Origin: Candidatus Limnocylindrales bacterium
GTDB lineage: Bacteria; Chloroflexota; Limnocylindria; Limnocylindrales; CSP1-4
DNA length: 64,000 nucleotides
NCBI GenBank assembly: GCA_036003325.1
Contig: DASYSM010000158.1
Span: 14,828 to 78,827, forward strand
Reading direction: 5' to 3'
A model generated the notes under the pieces. That model saw nothing but the letters and a program-made list of their open reading frames with translations, had not been told where the DNA came from and did no database searches. The translations under genes and the position numbers were made by a program. Shown piece after piece: positions 1-9,171 of this stretch (positions are counted from its first letter, which is position 1; each line of letters begins with the position of its first letter).

Positions 1-348
1 TCGGGCCTCGCGAGCTCGAGCGTCGGCACCCTGGCCGGCCAGGTGGTGATGCAGGGGTTCATCGATCGGCGCATCCCGCTGGGCGTCCGCCGGATCGTGA
101 CCATCGCCCCCGCGTTGCTCGTCCTCGCCATCGGCTTCGAGCCCACGCTCGTCCTCGTCCTGTCCCAGGTCGTCCTGTCTCTCGGCATCCCGTTCGCCCT
201 CATCCCGCTGGTGCATCACACTGCGTCGCGCTCGGTGATGGGAGGGTTCGTCAACCGGCCATCTCTGACGATCACCGCCTTGGGCATCACGGCCATCGTG
301 GTGACCATGAACGCCACACTGCTGGCCATCACCTTCGGGGTCGGGTGA
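1..348 (+). CDS. mntH: Nramp-family divalent metal (Mn2+/Fe2+) transporter, C-terminal fragment; the 5' end lies outside the window
   Basis: The ORF enters the window already open. The hydrophobic TM-rich tail (…GVRRIVTIAPALLVLAIGFEPTLVLVLSQVVLSLGIPFALIPLV…) is typical of MntH/Nramp C-termini. Confidence 0.65.
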   Translation, partial: SGLASSSVGTLAGQVVMQGFIDRRIPLGVRRIVTIAPALLVLAIGFEPTLVLVLSQVVLSLGIPFALIPLVHHTASRSVMGGFVNRPSLTITALGITAIVVTMNATLLAITFGVG

Positions 349-422
349 CGCGGTTGTGTACATTCGATGGCAGATTGGCTACACTTTGTCGGCCGGGAAC
401 CGGCCCAGGATTGGGGTGAACC

Positions 423-1904
423 ATGTCCATCGCCGAGCGGCTGGTGTCGGGCGCTGACACGGATGTCGCGACCCAGACCTCCTTCATCGACGGGCGATTC
501 ATCGAGGCGGGTGACGCCGATCGCATCGAGGTCCGCGACCCGGCCACCTGGCAGCTGATCGCGCGGATCGCCGACGCCGGCGAGGACGGCGTCGAGCGAG
601 CCGTGACCGCGGCCGAGGCGGCCCATGTCGGCTGGCGGCGGACCCCGGCCCGAGAGCGCGCCGCTCTCATCGGCGCGCTCGCCGACCGGCTCGAGGCCAA
701 GGCGGAGGAGCTCGCGCAGCTCGATGCCCTCGACACCGGCAACCCGCTCGTGTCGATGCGGGCCGACGTCGCCAAGGGCATCCACCAGATGCACGAGGCG
801 GCCGGACTGGCGCTCGAGACCAAGGGCGAGACCTTCCCCTTGCCGGGCCTCCATTACACCGCCCGCGAGCCATGGGGCGTGGTGGCTCGACTGGTGACCT
901 TCAACCACCCGGCGATGTTCACCGCCGCCCGGATCGCCACGGCGCTGGTGGCCGGGAACTGCGTGATCATCAAGCCCTCGGAGCTCGCCCCGTTGAGCCC
1001 GTTGGCGATCGCCGAGATCACCGCCGGCGTCGTCCCGGACGGGGTCATCAACGTGGTCGTCGGCGGTCCGGCGACGGGCGCCGCGATCGCAGCCCACCCC
1101 CGGATCCTGCGGATCACCTTCACCGGCAGCACGCCGACCGCTCTCCGGATCCAGGCCGCCGCGGCCGCCAGCGGACGCGTGAAGTCGATGACGTTCGAGC
1201 TCGGTGGCAAGAACCCGATCGTGGTCTTCCCCGACGTCGACCTCGACGAGACCGCCGCGGCGATCGTCCGCGGCATGAACTTCGCCCGGGTGCAGGGTCA
1301 GAGCTGCGGCGCCACCAGCCGGCTGATCGTCCATGAGTCGATCGCCGAGGCCGTGCTCGAACGGGTCGTCGACCGGACGCGGAAGATCCGGATCGGCATG
1401 CCGAGCGACCCATCGACCGAGATGGGCGCCATGATCACCAAGTCGGCCCGGTCGCGGGTCGTCGACATGGTCGAGCGCGCGACCGGCGGCGGCGCACGCG
1501 TCCTGACCGGCGGCCACGCCATCGAGACCGGCGAGCTGGGCCGGGGGGCGTTCCTCGAGCCGACCGTGGTCGACGGCGTCGCCCGCGGGAGCGAGCTGGC
1601 CGATGTCGAGGTGTTCGGCCCGGTCCTGGCCGCGATGACGTTCACGGAGGAGTCCGAGGCGGTCGCGCTCGCCAACGACGGGCCGTTCGGCCTGACCGCC
1701 GCCGTCTGGACGCAGGACATCGACCGCGCCTTCCGGCTCGCCAACGCGATCGAGACCGGCTACGTCTGGATCAACGATGTCGAGACGCGGTTCCCGGCCG
1801 TCCCGTTCGGTGGTTGGGGGGACTCGGGGGTCGGCCTCGAGCACGGGATCGAGGAGGTCCTGTCGATGACCCGCCTCAAGGCGGTGAACGTCCGGCTTCG
1901 CTGA
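423..1904 (+). CDS. NAD(P)+-dependent aldehyde dehydrogenase
   Basis: 493 aa. Carries the ALDH family signatures: FTGST, ELGGKNP and a catalytic Cys region (QGQSCGATSRL). Confidence 0.9.
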   Translation: MSIAERLVSGADTDVATQTSFIDGRFIEAGDADRIEVRDPATWQLIARIADAGEDGVERAVTAAEAAHVGWRRTPARERAALIGALADRLEAKAEELAQLDALDTGNPLVSMRADVAKGIHQMHEAAGLALETKGETFPLPGLHYTAREPWGVVARLVTFNHPAMFTAARIATALVAGNCVIIKPSELAPLSPLAIAEITAGVVPDGVINVVVGGPATGAAIAAHPRILRITFTGSTPTALRIQAAAAASGRVKSMTFELGGKNPIVVFPDVDLDETAAAIVRGMNFARVQGQSCGATSRLIVHESIAEAVLERVVDRTRKIRIGMPSDPSTEMGAMITKSARSRVVDMVERATGGGARVLTGGHAIETGELGRGAFLEPTVVDGVARGSELADVEVFGPVLAAMTFTEESEAVALANDGPFGLTAAVWTQDIDRAFRLANAIETGYVWINDVETRFPAVPFGGWGDSGVGLEHGIEEVLSMTRLKAVNVRLR

Positions 1905-1926
1905 CCCTCGGCCCGTCGGTGTCGCG

Positions 1927-3627
1927 CTAGTTCGGCGAGGTCCGCACGTCCAGGACGAATGGCTCGCCCGCGCGCACCGTGGCGACGCCGACCGCGAGGG
2001 CCGCCTCCAGCTCGGCGAGGTCGCGGATCGGACCGCTGGCTTCGAGGCCGAATGCGCGGGCCAGCTGGGCATGGTCGATCGCGGGATCGTCGATGGCGAT
2101 GCCCACCCCGACCCGCTCGGGCGGCCGGCTTCGATTCACGGCGATCGCGCGTTGGTGGCGCTCGTCCTGGAAATAGGCGCGGTTCGAATCGATGATGAAC
2201 AGCACCGGGATCTGGTGATGGGCCGCGGTCCACAGCGCCTGCGGGGTATAGAGGAAGTCGCCGTCGCCCTGGAGGTCGACCACGACGCGGCCGGTGCCGC
2301 GATAGGCGAGACCGGCGCCGAGCGATGCCCCGGCACCGTATCCGAGCCCACCCGCGAACGAGCGGCCGAGGAACTGGGAGGGATGCTGGAATCGGAGCGT
2401 CCGGCGCGACCAGTTCCCGATGACGCCGTTGGCGACCGTCCATTCGACATCGCGCAGGGCATCGGCGACCGCTCGCCCGAGGTGGCCGCGATGGATGCCG
2501 CGCGCATCAGCCGACGCCTCCGGCAGGGCCGGTCCCACCACCGCGGCCGCAGCCTCGAGGGCCGGGTCGAGAGGCCGCACGGTGGCGCCCCACGCGTCGA
2601 GAAGCGCGGCGAGGGCCAGCTCCGGATCGGCGGTCAGCTCCAGCCGGTCCGGGCCGGCGGATTCGGCGACCATCCAGGCCTTGTCGACGATGCCCGCCAG
2701 CCCGATGCTGGCGACTGCGGTGCCCGTCCACGTGCTGAGGCTCCGTCGCGAATGGAGGTCGACCGGGCCGAGCGCCCAGGTCGGATCGCGTGCCTCGACC
2801 AGCAGCAGGAAGTCGGCCGCCGCCATCGCCGCGTCCACGCCCTCGGTCACGTCGTGTGGATGACCGACCGGGAAGGATGTGCCGCCCCCGACCTCGTGCA
2901 GCCCGGCGCCGGTCCGCTCGGCGAGCTCGACCAGCAGCACGGACGCCTCCGCTGACAGGGGTCGGTCGGTCACGAACAGGGGTCGTTGCGCGGCTCTCAG
3001 CTGCCGGACGATGTCGTCGACCACCGCCGGATCGGGTGCCGGCCGGCTCGCCCGGGGCGCCGGCCGCCCGAGTCGCTCGGCGTGCGCTTCCTGCTCGACC
3101 GGGAGCTCCTGGAGGTCGACGTCGAGCCCGATGATCCCCGGTCCGACGGGCTGCCGGTGGATCGTCGTCCAGGCGCGGTCCAGGCTGGCCAGCAGCGCAT
3201 CCGGGCTCGTCGGCTGATCGTTCCAGACGGTGAAGTCCCGGACCAGCGCGCTCTGGTCGGTGACCGTGTGGATCCAATCGATCCACGGCCGCCGTCGCGC
3301 GGCATCGAGCGGCCCGGTGCCCACGATCACGACCATCGCCGCCCGGTCGGCCCAGGCATTGAAGATCGCCATGCTGGCATGCAGCAGGCCGACGGTGTCG
3401 TGGACGCCGACGGCCATCGTGCCGCCACCGGCCTTGGCGTAGCCGTGGGCCATCGCGACGGCGATCTCTTCGTGGAGGGCGAGGATCAGCTCCGGCGATC
3501 GGCCGGGCGGGTTGACCAGCGAGTCATGGAGACCACGGATCGATGCGCCCGGGTTGAGCGCGAGATGGCGGACGCCCAGCCCGGCGAGACGATCGACGAG
3601 GAGGTCGGAGCCGAACCAGCCGGTCAT
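1927..3627 (-). CDS. Thiamine-pyrophosphate-dependent enzyme (acetolactate synthase / benzoylformate decarboxylase-like)
   Basis: 566 aa with an N-terminal TPP pyrimidine-binding fold. Has the TPP-binding GDG motif (LQGDGDFLYTPQALWTAAHHQIPVLFIIDSNRAY). Convergent with the aldehyde dehydrogenase. Confidence 0.85.
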   Translation of the reverse strand: MTGWFGSDLLVDRLAGLGVRHLALNPGASIRGLHDSLVNPPGRSPELILALHEEIAVAMAHGYAKAGGGTMAVGVHDTVGLLHASMAIFNAWADRAAMVVIVGTGPLDAARRRPWIDWIHTVTDQSALVRDFTVWNDQPTSPDALLASLDRAWTTIHRQPVGPGIIGLDVDLQELPVEQEAHAERLGRPAPRASRPAPDPAVVDDIVRQLRAAQRPLFVTDRPLSAEASVLLVELAERTGAGLHEVGGGTSFPVGHPHDVTEGVDAAMAAADFLLLVEARDPTWALGPVDLHSRRSLSTWTGTAVASIGLAGIVDKAWMVAESAGPDRLELTADPELALAALLDAWGATVRPLDPALEAAAAVVGPALPEASADARGIHRGHLGRAVADALRDVEWTVANGVIGNWSRRTLRFQHPSQFLGRSFAGGLGYGAGASLGAGLAYRGTGRVVVDLQGDGDFLYTPQALWTAAHHQIPVLFIIDSNRAYFQDERHQRAIAVNRSRPPERVGVGIAIDDPAIDHAQLARAFGLEASGPIRDLAELEAALAVGVATVRAGEPFVLDVRTSPN

Positions 3628-3707
3628 GGTCCCTCACAGAGCGGCCCGGCGGGTCGTGCGCGACCGGCGTCGGACATGGGAGGCACTGTCGGTCGAGTGC
3701 CTGTGCA

Positions 3708-3759
3708 TTGAACACGAGACCAGTCCGATTGTCCACATCCGGGGATGTCTCGTGTACAA
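3708..3759. promoter_or_regulatory. 13-bp inverted repeat TTGAACACGAGAC-N26-GTCTCGTGTACAA with embedded TACAAT -10-like hexamer
   Basis: 12/13 matching arms about 60 bp upstream of the Rieske gene start. Candidate operator and promoter for the aromatic-type cluster. Confidence 0.45.
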
Positions 3760-3820
3760 TCCGCCGCACGTGGAGCCGCGCGACAAGCCCTGTCGCGCGG
3801 TCGGAACGGACGGGTGGTGG

Positions 3821-4189
3821 ATGGCGACTGAGATCTACGCCGGACGCGTCCAGGACTTCGCCGACGGGCAGCGGGTCATGATCACGGTCGGCACCCGCGA
3901 GGTCTTCGTCTTCGAGCGGGACGGCCGCTTCTACGCGTTCGAGAACGTCTGTCGGCACATGGGCGGACCCGTCGGCGAGGGCATGCTGATCGGCAAGGTC
4001 GAGTCGGTCCTCGACGAGGAACGGCGCCACGTTCGCGATCGGTTCTCGACGTCCGAGATCCACATCGTCTGCCCGTGGCACGGCTGGGAGTACGACATCG
4101 AGACGGGCCAGTGCGCAGCGAACCGGCGCATCCGGCTACGGCGATTCGACGCGGTCGAGCGAGGAGGAGAGGTCTATGTCAGCGGATGA
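3821..4189 (+). CDS. Rieske [2Fe-2S] ferredoxin-domain protein
   Basis: In-frame ATG inside ORF 3512..4189. Rieske ligand boxes CRHMGGP … CPWHGWEYD are present. The upstream part of the ORF is low-complexity and probably not coding. Confidence 0.75.
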   Translation: MATEIYAGRVQDFADGQRVMITVGTREVFVFERDGRFYAFENVCRHMGGPVGEGMLIGKVESVLDEERRHVRDRFSTSEIHIVCPWHGWEYDIETGQCAANRRIRLRRFDAVERGGEVYVSG

Positions 4190-4511
4190 GCGCGCCCGGC
4201 AGATGGTCGCGGCCGACGCCGCGGCGACCGATGCTTCGCTGGCCGGCGATGCCCGCCGGATCCTCGATCAGGTCCGCCGGATCGTGGACGAGGACCGGGT
4301 CGCCGACGTGCCCGACCAGGCCGTCCAGGACCTGCTGCTGGCCGCGGTCCGCCTCTTCTCGGCGAAGCGCGACCTGGGTTCGACGCTCGAGGCCTTCCCG
4401 GCTGACGCGGTGACCGCGACGGACGTGGCGGTCACGGCCGTGGCGATGACCAAGGTGGTCAACCTGGAGCTCTTCGAGCTGGCCCTGTGGGCCGGCTGGA
4501 GCAGCATCTGA
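4176..4511 (+). CDS. Hypothetical small protein
   Basis: 111-aa ORF overlapping the Rieske gene end by 14 nt and co-oriented with it. No recognisable domain. Confidence 0.4.
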   Translation: MSADERARQMVAADAAATDASLAGDARRILDQVRRIVDEDRVADVPDQAVQDLLLAAVRLFSAKRDLGSTLEAFPADAVTATDVAVTAVAMTKVVNLELFELALWAGWSSI

Positions 4512-5713
4512 TGAGCCTGGTCGGCGACCGCGTCGAGCCTCGGATCTTCAACACCGGCGAACGCGCCGGCTTCGACACCAAGTTCCACCTGGCCAATGCC
4601 ACCCGCCAGGCCGAGGAGCGCGGCTACAAGGACTTCCTCATCGTCGACGCCGATGCGCACCATCTCAACGAGATGACGCATTACCGCGAGATCGTGAAGT
4701 ACATCGATGACGAGGTGCTTCGCAACGAGGTCATGATGGGGGAGCGCGGCGGCCTGCTCTACCCCGGCTTCCGCAGTCCCCAGCACCACAGCCTGTCGGG
4801 CCGCATCCTCCGCTACCGCAACGAGCACATGGAGACGTTCGAGGCGGCAGACCTGCACGCGGAGGCCGAGTTCTCACTCAAGGAGATGCGGGCGATCGGG
4901 ATCGACTACCAGGTGGTCTTTCCCACGGCTCTGCTCGCCCTCGGGATGCATCCCGACCCGATCATCGAGACGGAGATGGCGTGGGCATACAGCCGCTGGC
5001 TGTGCGAGGAGGTCCTGCCCGGATCGCCATACCTCAAGACGATGATCTATCTGCCCATGAACCAGCCGGAGGCGTGCCTGAAGTTCGTCGAGCGTTTCGG
5101 TGACGACCCGGGCGTCGTCGGGTTCATGGTCACGTCGGCCCGCTACAAGCCGGTCCACGCGAACGCCTACATGCCCGTCTACCGGGCGATCGAGGAGCGC
5201 GGACTGCCGCTGTCGTTCCATGCGATCTATCACCAGCAGGAGCGGATGTTCGAGGGGATGAACCGGTTCCTCTCGGTCCACGCCCTCGGCTTCATCTTCT
5301 ACAACCTGGTCCACATGACCAACATGGTCGTCAACGGCATCCCCGAGCGATTCCCGAAGCTGAAGCTCCTCTGGATCGAGAGCGGACTTGCCTGGATCCC
5401 GTTCCTGATGCAGCGGCTCGACAACGAATACATGATGCGTTCGGCGGAGGCGCCACTCCTCCGTCGCCTCCCCAGCGAGTACATGCGCGAGATGTACTAC
5501 ACGACCCAGCCCATCGAGAACAACGACCTCGAGCTGCTCGAGATGACCCTGAAGAAGATCGGCGCCGAGACACAATTGCTGTTCTCGTCGGACTACCCGC
5601 ATTGGGACTTCAACCTGCCGAGCACGATCTACGATCTCCCGTTCCTGACCGAGGAGGCCAAGCGCCGCATCCTCGGCGGGAACGCCGCGGAGCTGTTCAA
5701 GCTCCCGCGCTGA
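4487..5713 (+). CDS. Amidohydrolase-2 family metal-dependent hydrolase/decarboxylase (ACMSD/LigW-like)
   Basis: 408 aa, TIM-barrel amidohydrolase_2. Has the metal ligands HH (DADAHH) and a C-terminal SSDYPHWDF motif. Confidence 0.85.
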   Translation: MGRLEQHLMSLVGDRVEPRIFNTGERAGFDTKFHLANATRQAEERGYKDFLIVDADAHHLNEMTHYREIVKYIDDEVLRNEVMMGERGGLLYPGFRSPQHHSLSGRILRYRNEHMETFEAADLHAEAEFSLKEMRAIGIDYQVVFPTALLALGMHPDPIIETEMAWAYSRWLCEEVLPGSPYLKTMIYLPMNQPEACLKFVERFGDDPGVVGFMVTSARYKPVHANAYMPVYRAIEERGLPLSFHAIYHQQERMFEGMNRFLSVHALGFIFYNLVHMTNMVVNGIPERFPKLKLLWIESGLAWIPFLMQRLDNEYMMRSAEAPLLRRLPSEYMREMYYTTQPIENNDLELLEMTLKKIGAETQLLFSSDYPHWDFNLPSTIYDLPFLTEEAKRRILGGNAAELFKLPR

Positions 5714-5832
5714 GCGCCGCTGTCCGACAGTGGACACAAGTTGTCGCGCTTTGGATACAATCGGGCGAAGGCGTCGAGGCCCCGACCGATCGTCCGGCGC
5801 CTCGATCGCCGTCGATCCCGCAGAGGTGTGAC

Positions 5833-6879
5833 GTGAAGACCACGACGTCGACCCAGGTGACCCACTACGAGGTCCAGAAGAAGCGGCGCGAGTCGCTCCT
5901 CGAGGAATGGCGCGGGTATCACAAGAAGGTCATCAAGCGTGCCGACGTGACGCTGGTCGATTCACCGGCCCGCCGGACGCGACGCGGGGTCTATGCCGGC
6001 TGGGACGGCGATCGGCCGACCAAGAACCTCGACGCGACGGTCCACGAGATCGACCCGGGCACGACCACCACGGTCCATCGCCACAGCTGGGACGCGATCA
6101 TGTTCATCGAGTCCGGCTCGGGCTGGACCGAGATCGACGGCCAGCGCATCGCGTGGCGGCCGTGGGACACCCTCCACCTCCCGAACTGGGCCTGGCACCG
6201 CCACGGCAATGACGGCGACTCGGTGGTCCGCTTCCACACCTGGAGCGTCCAGCCGATGCTCGAACAGTTCGGCGTCGCGCTGCTCGAGGAAGGTGGCGAC
6301 GCGCCCATCGCCGACCTGCCGCCCCGGCCCACCCAGGTGTCGCCGCTGACCGGCGACGATCCGTACGCCCGTCGCACGCAGCGGCTGGCGCGCCAGTGGG
6401 AGGGGACCGACAGCGCCCGGTTGATCACCCGGTTCGAGGACGTTCGCGGCCTCGTCACCAAGCGCGGAGCACGCAGCCTGTTCCTCGTCGACAAGTCGAT
6501 CGGCTTCCATACCGCCGGGCTGTCGGCGGTCATGCACGAGCTGGCGCCGGGCAAGTACCAGTCGCGTCACCGCCACGGTGGGGAGGCCTGGCTGTTCGGC
6601 GTGTCCGGGTCCGGCTACAGCATCGTCGACGACGTCCGGCATGACTGGGAAGCGGGCGATCTCGTGGTGGTCGATCACTGGCAGTGGCACCAGCACTTCA
6701 ACGCCTCGAACGAGCGCACGGCACGGCTCGTCCGGGTCCACAACTTCGACGCGCTCTACGACATGATGCGGATCCTGCTCGACCCATTGAACCTGTTCGA
6801 GGAGCTCCCGACGCTCGACGCGCCGGACCTGACCGGCGTCGTCTGGCCGGACCATCTCGACGGCCGGCCGGACGCCTGA
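5833..6879 (+). CDS. Bicupin ring-cleavage dioxygenase (gentisate 1,2-dioxygenase-like)
   Basis: GTG start inside ORF 5602..6879, after the stop of the upstream gene. Two cupin motif pairs are present: HRHSWDAIMFIESGSG … PNWAWHRHGN, and HRHGGEAWLFGVSGSG … DHWQWHQHFN. Confidence 0.75.
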   Translation: MKTTTSTQVTHYEVQKKRRESLLEEWRGYHKKVIKRADVTLVDSPARRTRRGVYAGWDGDRPTKNLDATVHEIDPGTTTTVHRHSWDAIMFIESGSGWTEIDGQRIAWRPWDTLHLPNWAWHRHGNDGDSVVRFHTWSVQPMLEQFGVALLEEGGDAPIADLPPRPTQVSPLTGDDPYARRTQRLARQWEGTDSARLITRFEDVRGLVTKRGARSLFLVDKSIGFHTAGLSAVMHELAPGKYQSRHRHGGEAWLFGVSGSGYSIVDDVRHDWEAGDLVVVDHWQWHQHFNASNERTARLVRVHNFDALYDMMRILLDPLNLFEELPTLDAPDLTGVVWPDHLDGRPDA

Positions 6880-6880
6880 G

Positions 6881-7801
6881 GTGCCGTCCATCAGCGTGCC
6901 TCCGGGCATCGAGGGGATCGTCCGCCTCACCGAGCTGCCGGACGACGACTGGCGCGACCGCTGGGAGCGCATCTTCGTCCCGGCGGGGGTCAAGGAGCGT
7001 CTGCTCAACTACCTCCTGTTCGACGTGAAGCAGCGAGCGACGTCGAGCACGATCGGCCTTGCCATCCACGGGCTCATCGTCCTGGCCGGGCCGCCGGGGA
7101 CCGGCAAGACGACGCTTGCCGGCGGGCTGGCCGACGAGGCCGCGCGCGTGCTCGATGACGGGCCGGTCCTGTTCGTCGACATCGATCCGCACGCTTTCCC
7201 CAGCCAGCTCCTCGGGGAGAGCCAGCGTTCCGTCGCGCGCCTCTTCGAGCGGACGATCCCGGATCTGGCGTTGCGCGGCCGACCGGTGGTCGTGCTCATC
7301 GATGAGGTCGAATCGCTCGCCGTCAACCGCACCGGCGCGTCCCTCGAGACGAACCCGGTCGACGTCCATCGGGCGACGGCGGCCGTCCTCGCCGGCGTGG
7401 ATGCGGTGGCGCGCGATCACCGCAACGTGGTGTTCATCGCGACGACCAACTTCCGGTCCGGGGTCGACACCGCATTCCTGTCGCGGGCCGACCTCATCGA
7501 GGAGATCGGCCTGCCCGGTGTCGCGGCCGTCGTGTCGATCCTCAACGACAGCCTCACCGAGCTCGGCGTGGACGACGACACCCGTGGCACCCGTGCCGGG
7601 CTGTCGAGCCTCGCCGCCGCATGCACGGACGTCGGCCTCGACGCGCGGCAGATCCGCAAGCTGGTCGTCGCGGCCGCCTGCGCTCGACGCGATCTCGTCC
7701 TCGACCCATCGCGGCTCACGCTGGACGACATCGCCGCGGAACTCGACCGGATCCGCGCGGGCTCGACGACCGTCGAGGCGCCGACCCGCCTCCGGGCCTG
7801 A
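6881..7801 (+). CDS. AAA+ ATPase, TRIP13/Pch2-like single-AAA-domain protein
   Basis: Walker A LAGPPGTGKTT. Walker B VVVLIDEVESL has the DEVES signature of TRIP13/Pch2. The sensor region NVVFIATTNFRSGVDTAFLSRADLIEEIG is collinear with TRIP13 NVVILTTSN…DRADIKQYIG. Starts 2 nt after the bicupin stop. Confidence 0.75.
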   Translation: MPSISVPPGIEGIVRLTELPDDDWRDRWERIFVPAGVKERLLNYLLFDVKQRATSSTIGLAIHGLIVLAGPPGTGKTTLAGGLADEAARVLDDGPVLFVDIDPHAFPSQLLGESQRSVARLFERTIPDLALRGRPVVVLIDEVESLAVNRTGASLETNPVDVHRATAAVLAGVDAVARDHRNVVFIATTNFRSGVDTAFLSRADLIEEIGLPGVAAVVSILNDSLTELGVDDDTRGTRAGLSSLAAACTDVGLDARQIRKLVVAAACARRDLVLDPSRLTLDDIAAELDRIRAGSTTVEAPTRLRA

Positions 7802-7807
7802 TCCGCG

Positions 7808-9109
7808 ATGACCCGAGCGACGCCGGCGACCCGACCGTCGTCTGCCAGCTCGCTCGCCGATGGCGCCGTCGCCATGGGAACCGCCACCGCCGGGATCGAG
7901 CGCCCGGCCGAGGCGGCACGCCGACCGTGGATGCCGCCGGACGCGGTCATGCTCGGCGTGTCGATGTTCTGCGTGGTCGCGGCGACCAACATCATGACCC
8001 CGCTGCTGCCCCAGATCCGCGACGATCTCGGGGTCAGCATCACCACCGCCGGGCTCATCGTCGCATCGTTCGGCCTGGCCAGGTTGCTGGTCGACCTTCC
8101 GGCGGGCTTCCTTGCCTCGAACATCGCCCCGAAGGTCCTGACCCTCGCCGCGGTCGCGGCGCTCATCGTCTCGTCGGCGATCGGCATCGGTGCCGCGACC
8201 GTCGAAACGCTCATCCTCGCGCGCGTCGTAAGCGGCATCGGCGTGGCCATCCTGGCCACGGTCATCCTGGCCGCGCTGAGCGCCCTCGCGACGCCGGCGA
8301 ACCGCGGCAAGGTGATGAGCCTGTACCCGATGGCCAACAACCTGGGCATCGCGTTCTATCCGATCCTGGGCGGGATCATCGGGGTGATCATCGGCTGGCG
8401 GGCCACCTTTGCGGTCAACGCCGTGCTGGCGGTCGTTGCCGGCGTGCTCCTGCTGCCCATGCTCGGGCGGATCGACCTCCGCCGGCCGAAGACCGGCAAG
8501 GCCGCCGAGACCGACGACAAGCGCGTGCTCTACGGATCTCGCCGGACCGTGGCGCTCGCGGTCACGAACGGTGGCGTCGTCGCGAACATGATCCATCGCC
8601 ATGGTGTCCGGAACACGATCCTGCCGCTCTATGCGGCGACCGTGCTGGGGCTCGGCGGCGTGTCGATCGCGGTCGCCATCGCGCTGATGGCCATCACCGG
8701 GTTCCTGGTGATGGCGCCGGGCGGCAGCCTCGGTGATCGCGTCGGCCGGCGGCGGGTCATCTCGGTCGGCCTGTTCGCCATCGCCATCGGCGACCTCCTC
8801 TTCCTGTTCACCGGAGAGCTCGCGTCGTTCCTGCTCGTGGCCGCCCTGATCGGCTGCGGCGATTTCTTTGCCAGCTCGCAGACGGCGTTGCTCTCGGAGA
8901 TCGTGCCCGCGGAGCAGCGCACCTTCGTGCTCAGCGGCTACCGCTTCTCGTCCGACCTCGGGGCGCTGATCGGGCCGATCATGCTGGCGTTCGTGATGGA
9001 CACGGTCGGCGTCCAGGCGGCGATCATCGCCGCCAGCGCGATCCTGCTGACGGCGGCGATCGCGGCGAGAGTGGGCGTGCCCGCCCGGATCGACCTCGCG
9101 GTCACGTGA
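7808..9109 (+). CDS. MFS transporter
   Basis: 433 aa with 12 predicted TM segments. Typical MFS loop motif (GRRRVISVG). Confidence 0.85.
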   Translation: MTRATPATRPSSASSLADGAVAMGTATAGIERPAEAARRPWMPPDAVMLGVSMFCVVAATNIMTPLLPQIRDDLGVSITTAGLIVASFGLARLLVDLPAGFLASNIAPKVLTLAAVAALIVSSAIGIGAATVETLILARVVSGIGVAILATVILAALSALATPANRGKVMSLYPMANNLGIAFYPILGGIIGVIIGWRATFAVNAVLAVVAGVLLLPMLGRIDLRRPKTGKAAETDDKRVLYGSRRTVALAVTNGGVVANMIHRHGVRNTILPLYAATVLGLGGVSIAVAIALMAITGFLVMAPGGSLGDRVGRRRVISVGLFAIAIGDLLFLFTGELASFLLVAALIGCGDFFASSQTALLSEIVPAEQRTFVLSGYRFSSDLGALIGPIMLAFVMDTVGVQAAIIAASAILLTAAIAARVGVPARIDLAVT

Positions 9110-9171
9110 TCGTCAGCGTCCCGCCCGGCGCCCCCATGAGCCCCACGGATCACCCCCGGAGGTAGCCCCCG

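Noticed and set aside
216-2072. 618-aa minus-strand ORF overlapping the aldehyde dehydrogenase gene
   Set aside because: Antisense shadow ORF typical of 70% GC DNA. The protein is Arg/Gly/Pro/Asp low-complexity with no motifs, while the plus-strand aldehyde dehydrogenase is clearly conserved.
2171-2190. tRNA T-arm-like GGTTCGAATC motif
   Set aside because: It lies inside the TPP-enzyme coding region and has no acceptor or anticodon stem context. Coincidental.
5833-6879. Whether the gene upstream of the TRIP13-like ATPase could be a HORMA-domain partner
   Set aside because: It carries two textbook cupin motif pairs (HxH…E / PxGxxHxxxN) and is 348 aa. It is a bicupin dioxygenase, not a HORMA fold.
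6698-8602. 634-aa minus-strand ORF across the AAA ATPase and MFS genes
   Set aside because: Low-complexity R/D/G-rich translation overlapping two well-supported plus-strand genes. Shadow ORF.
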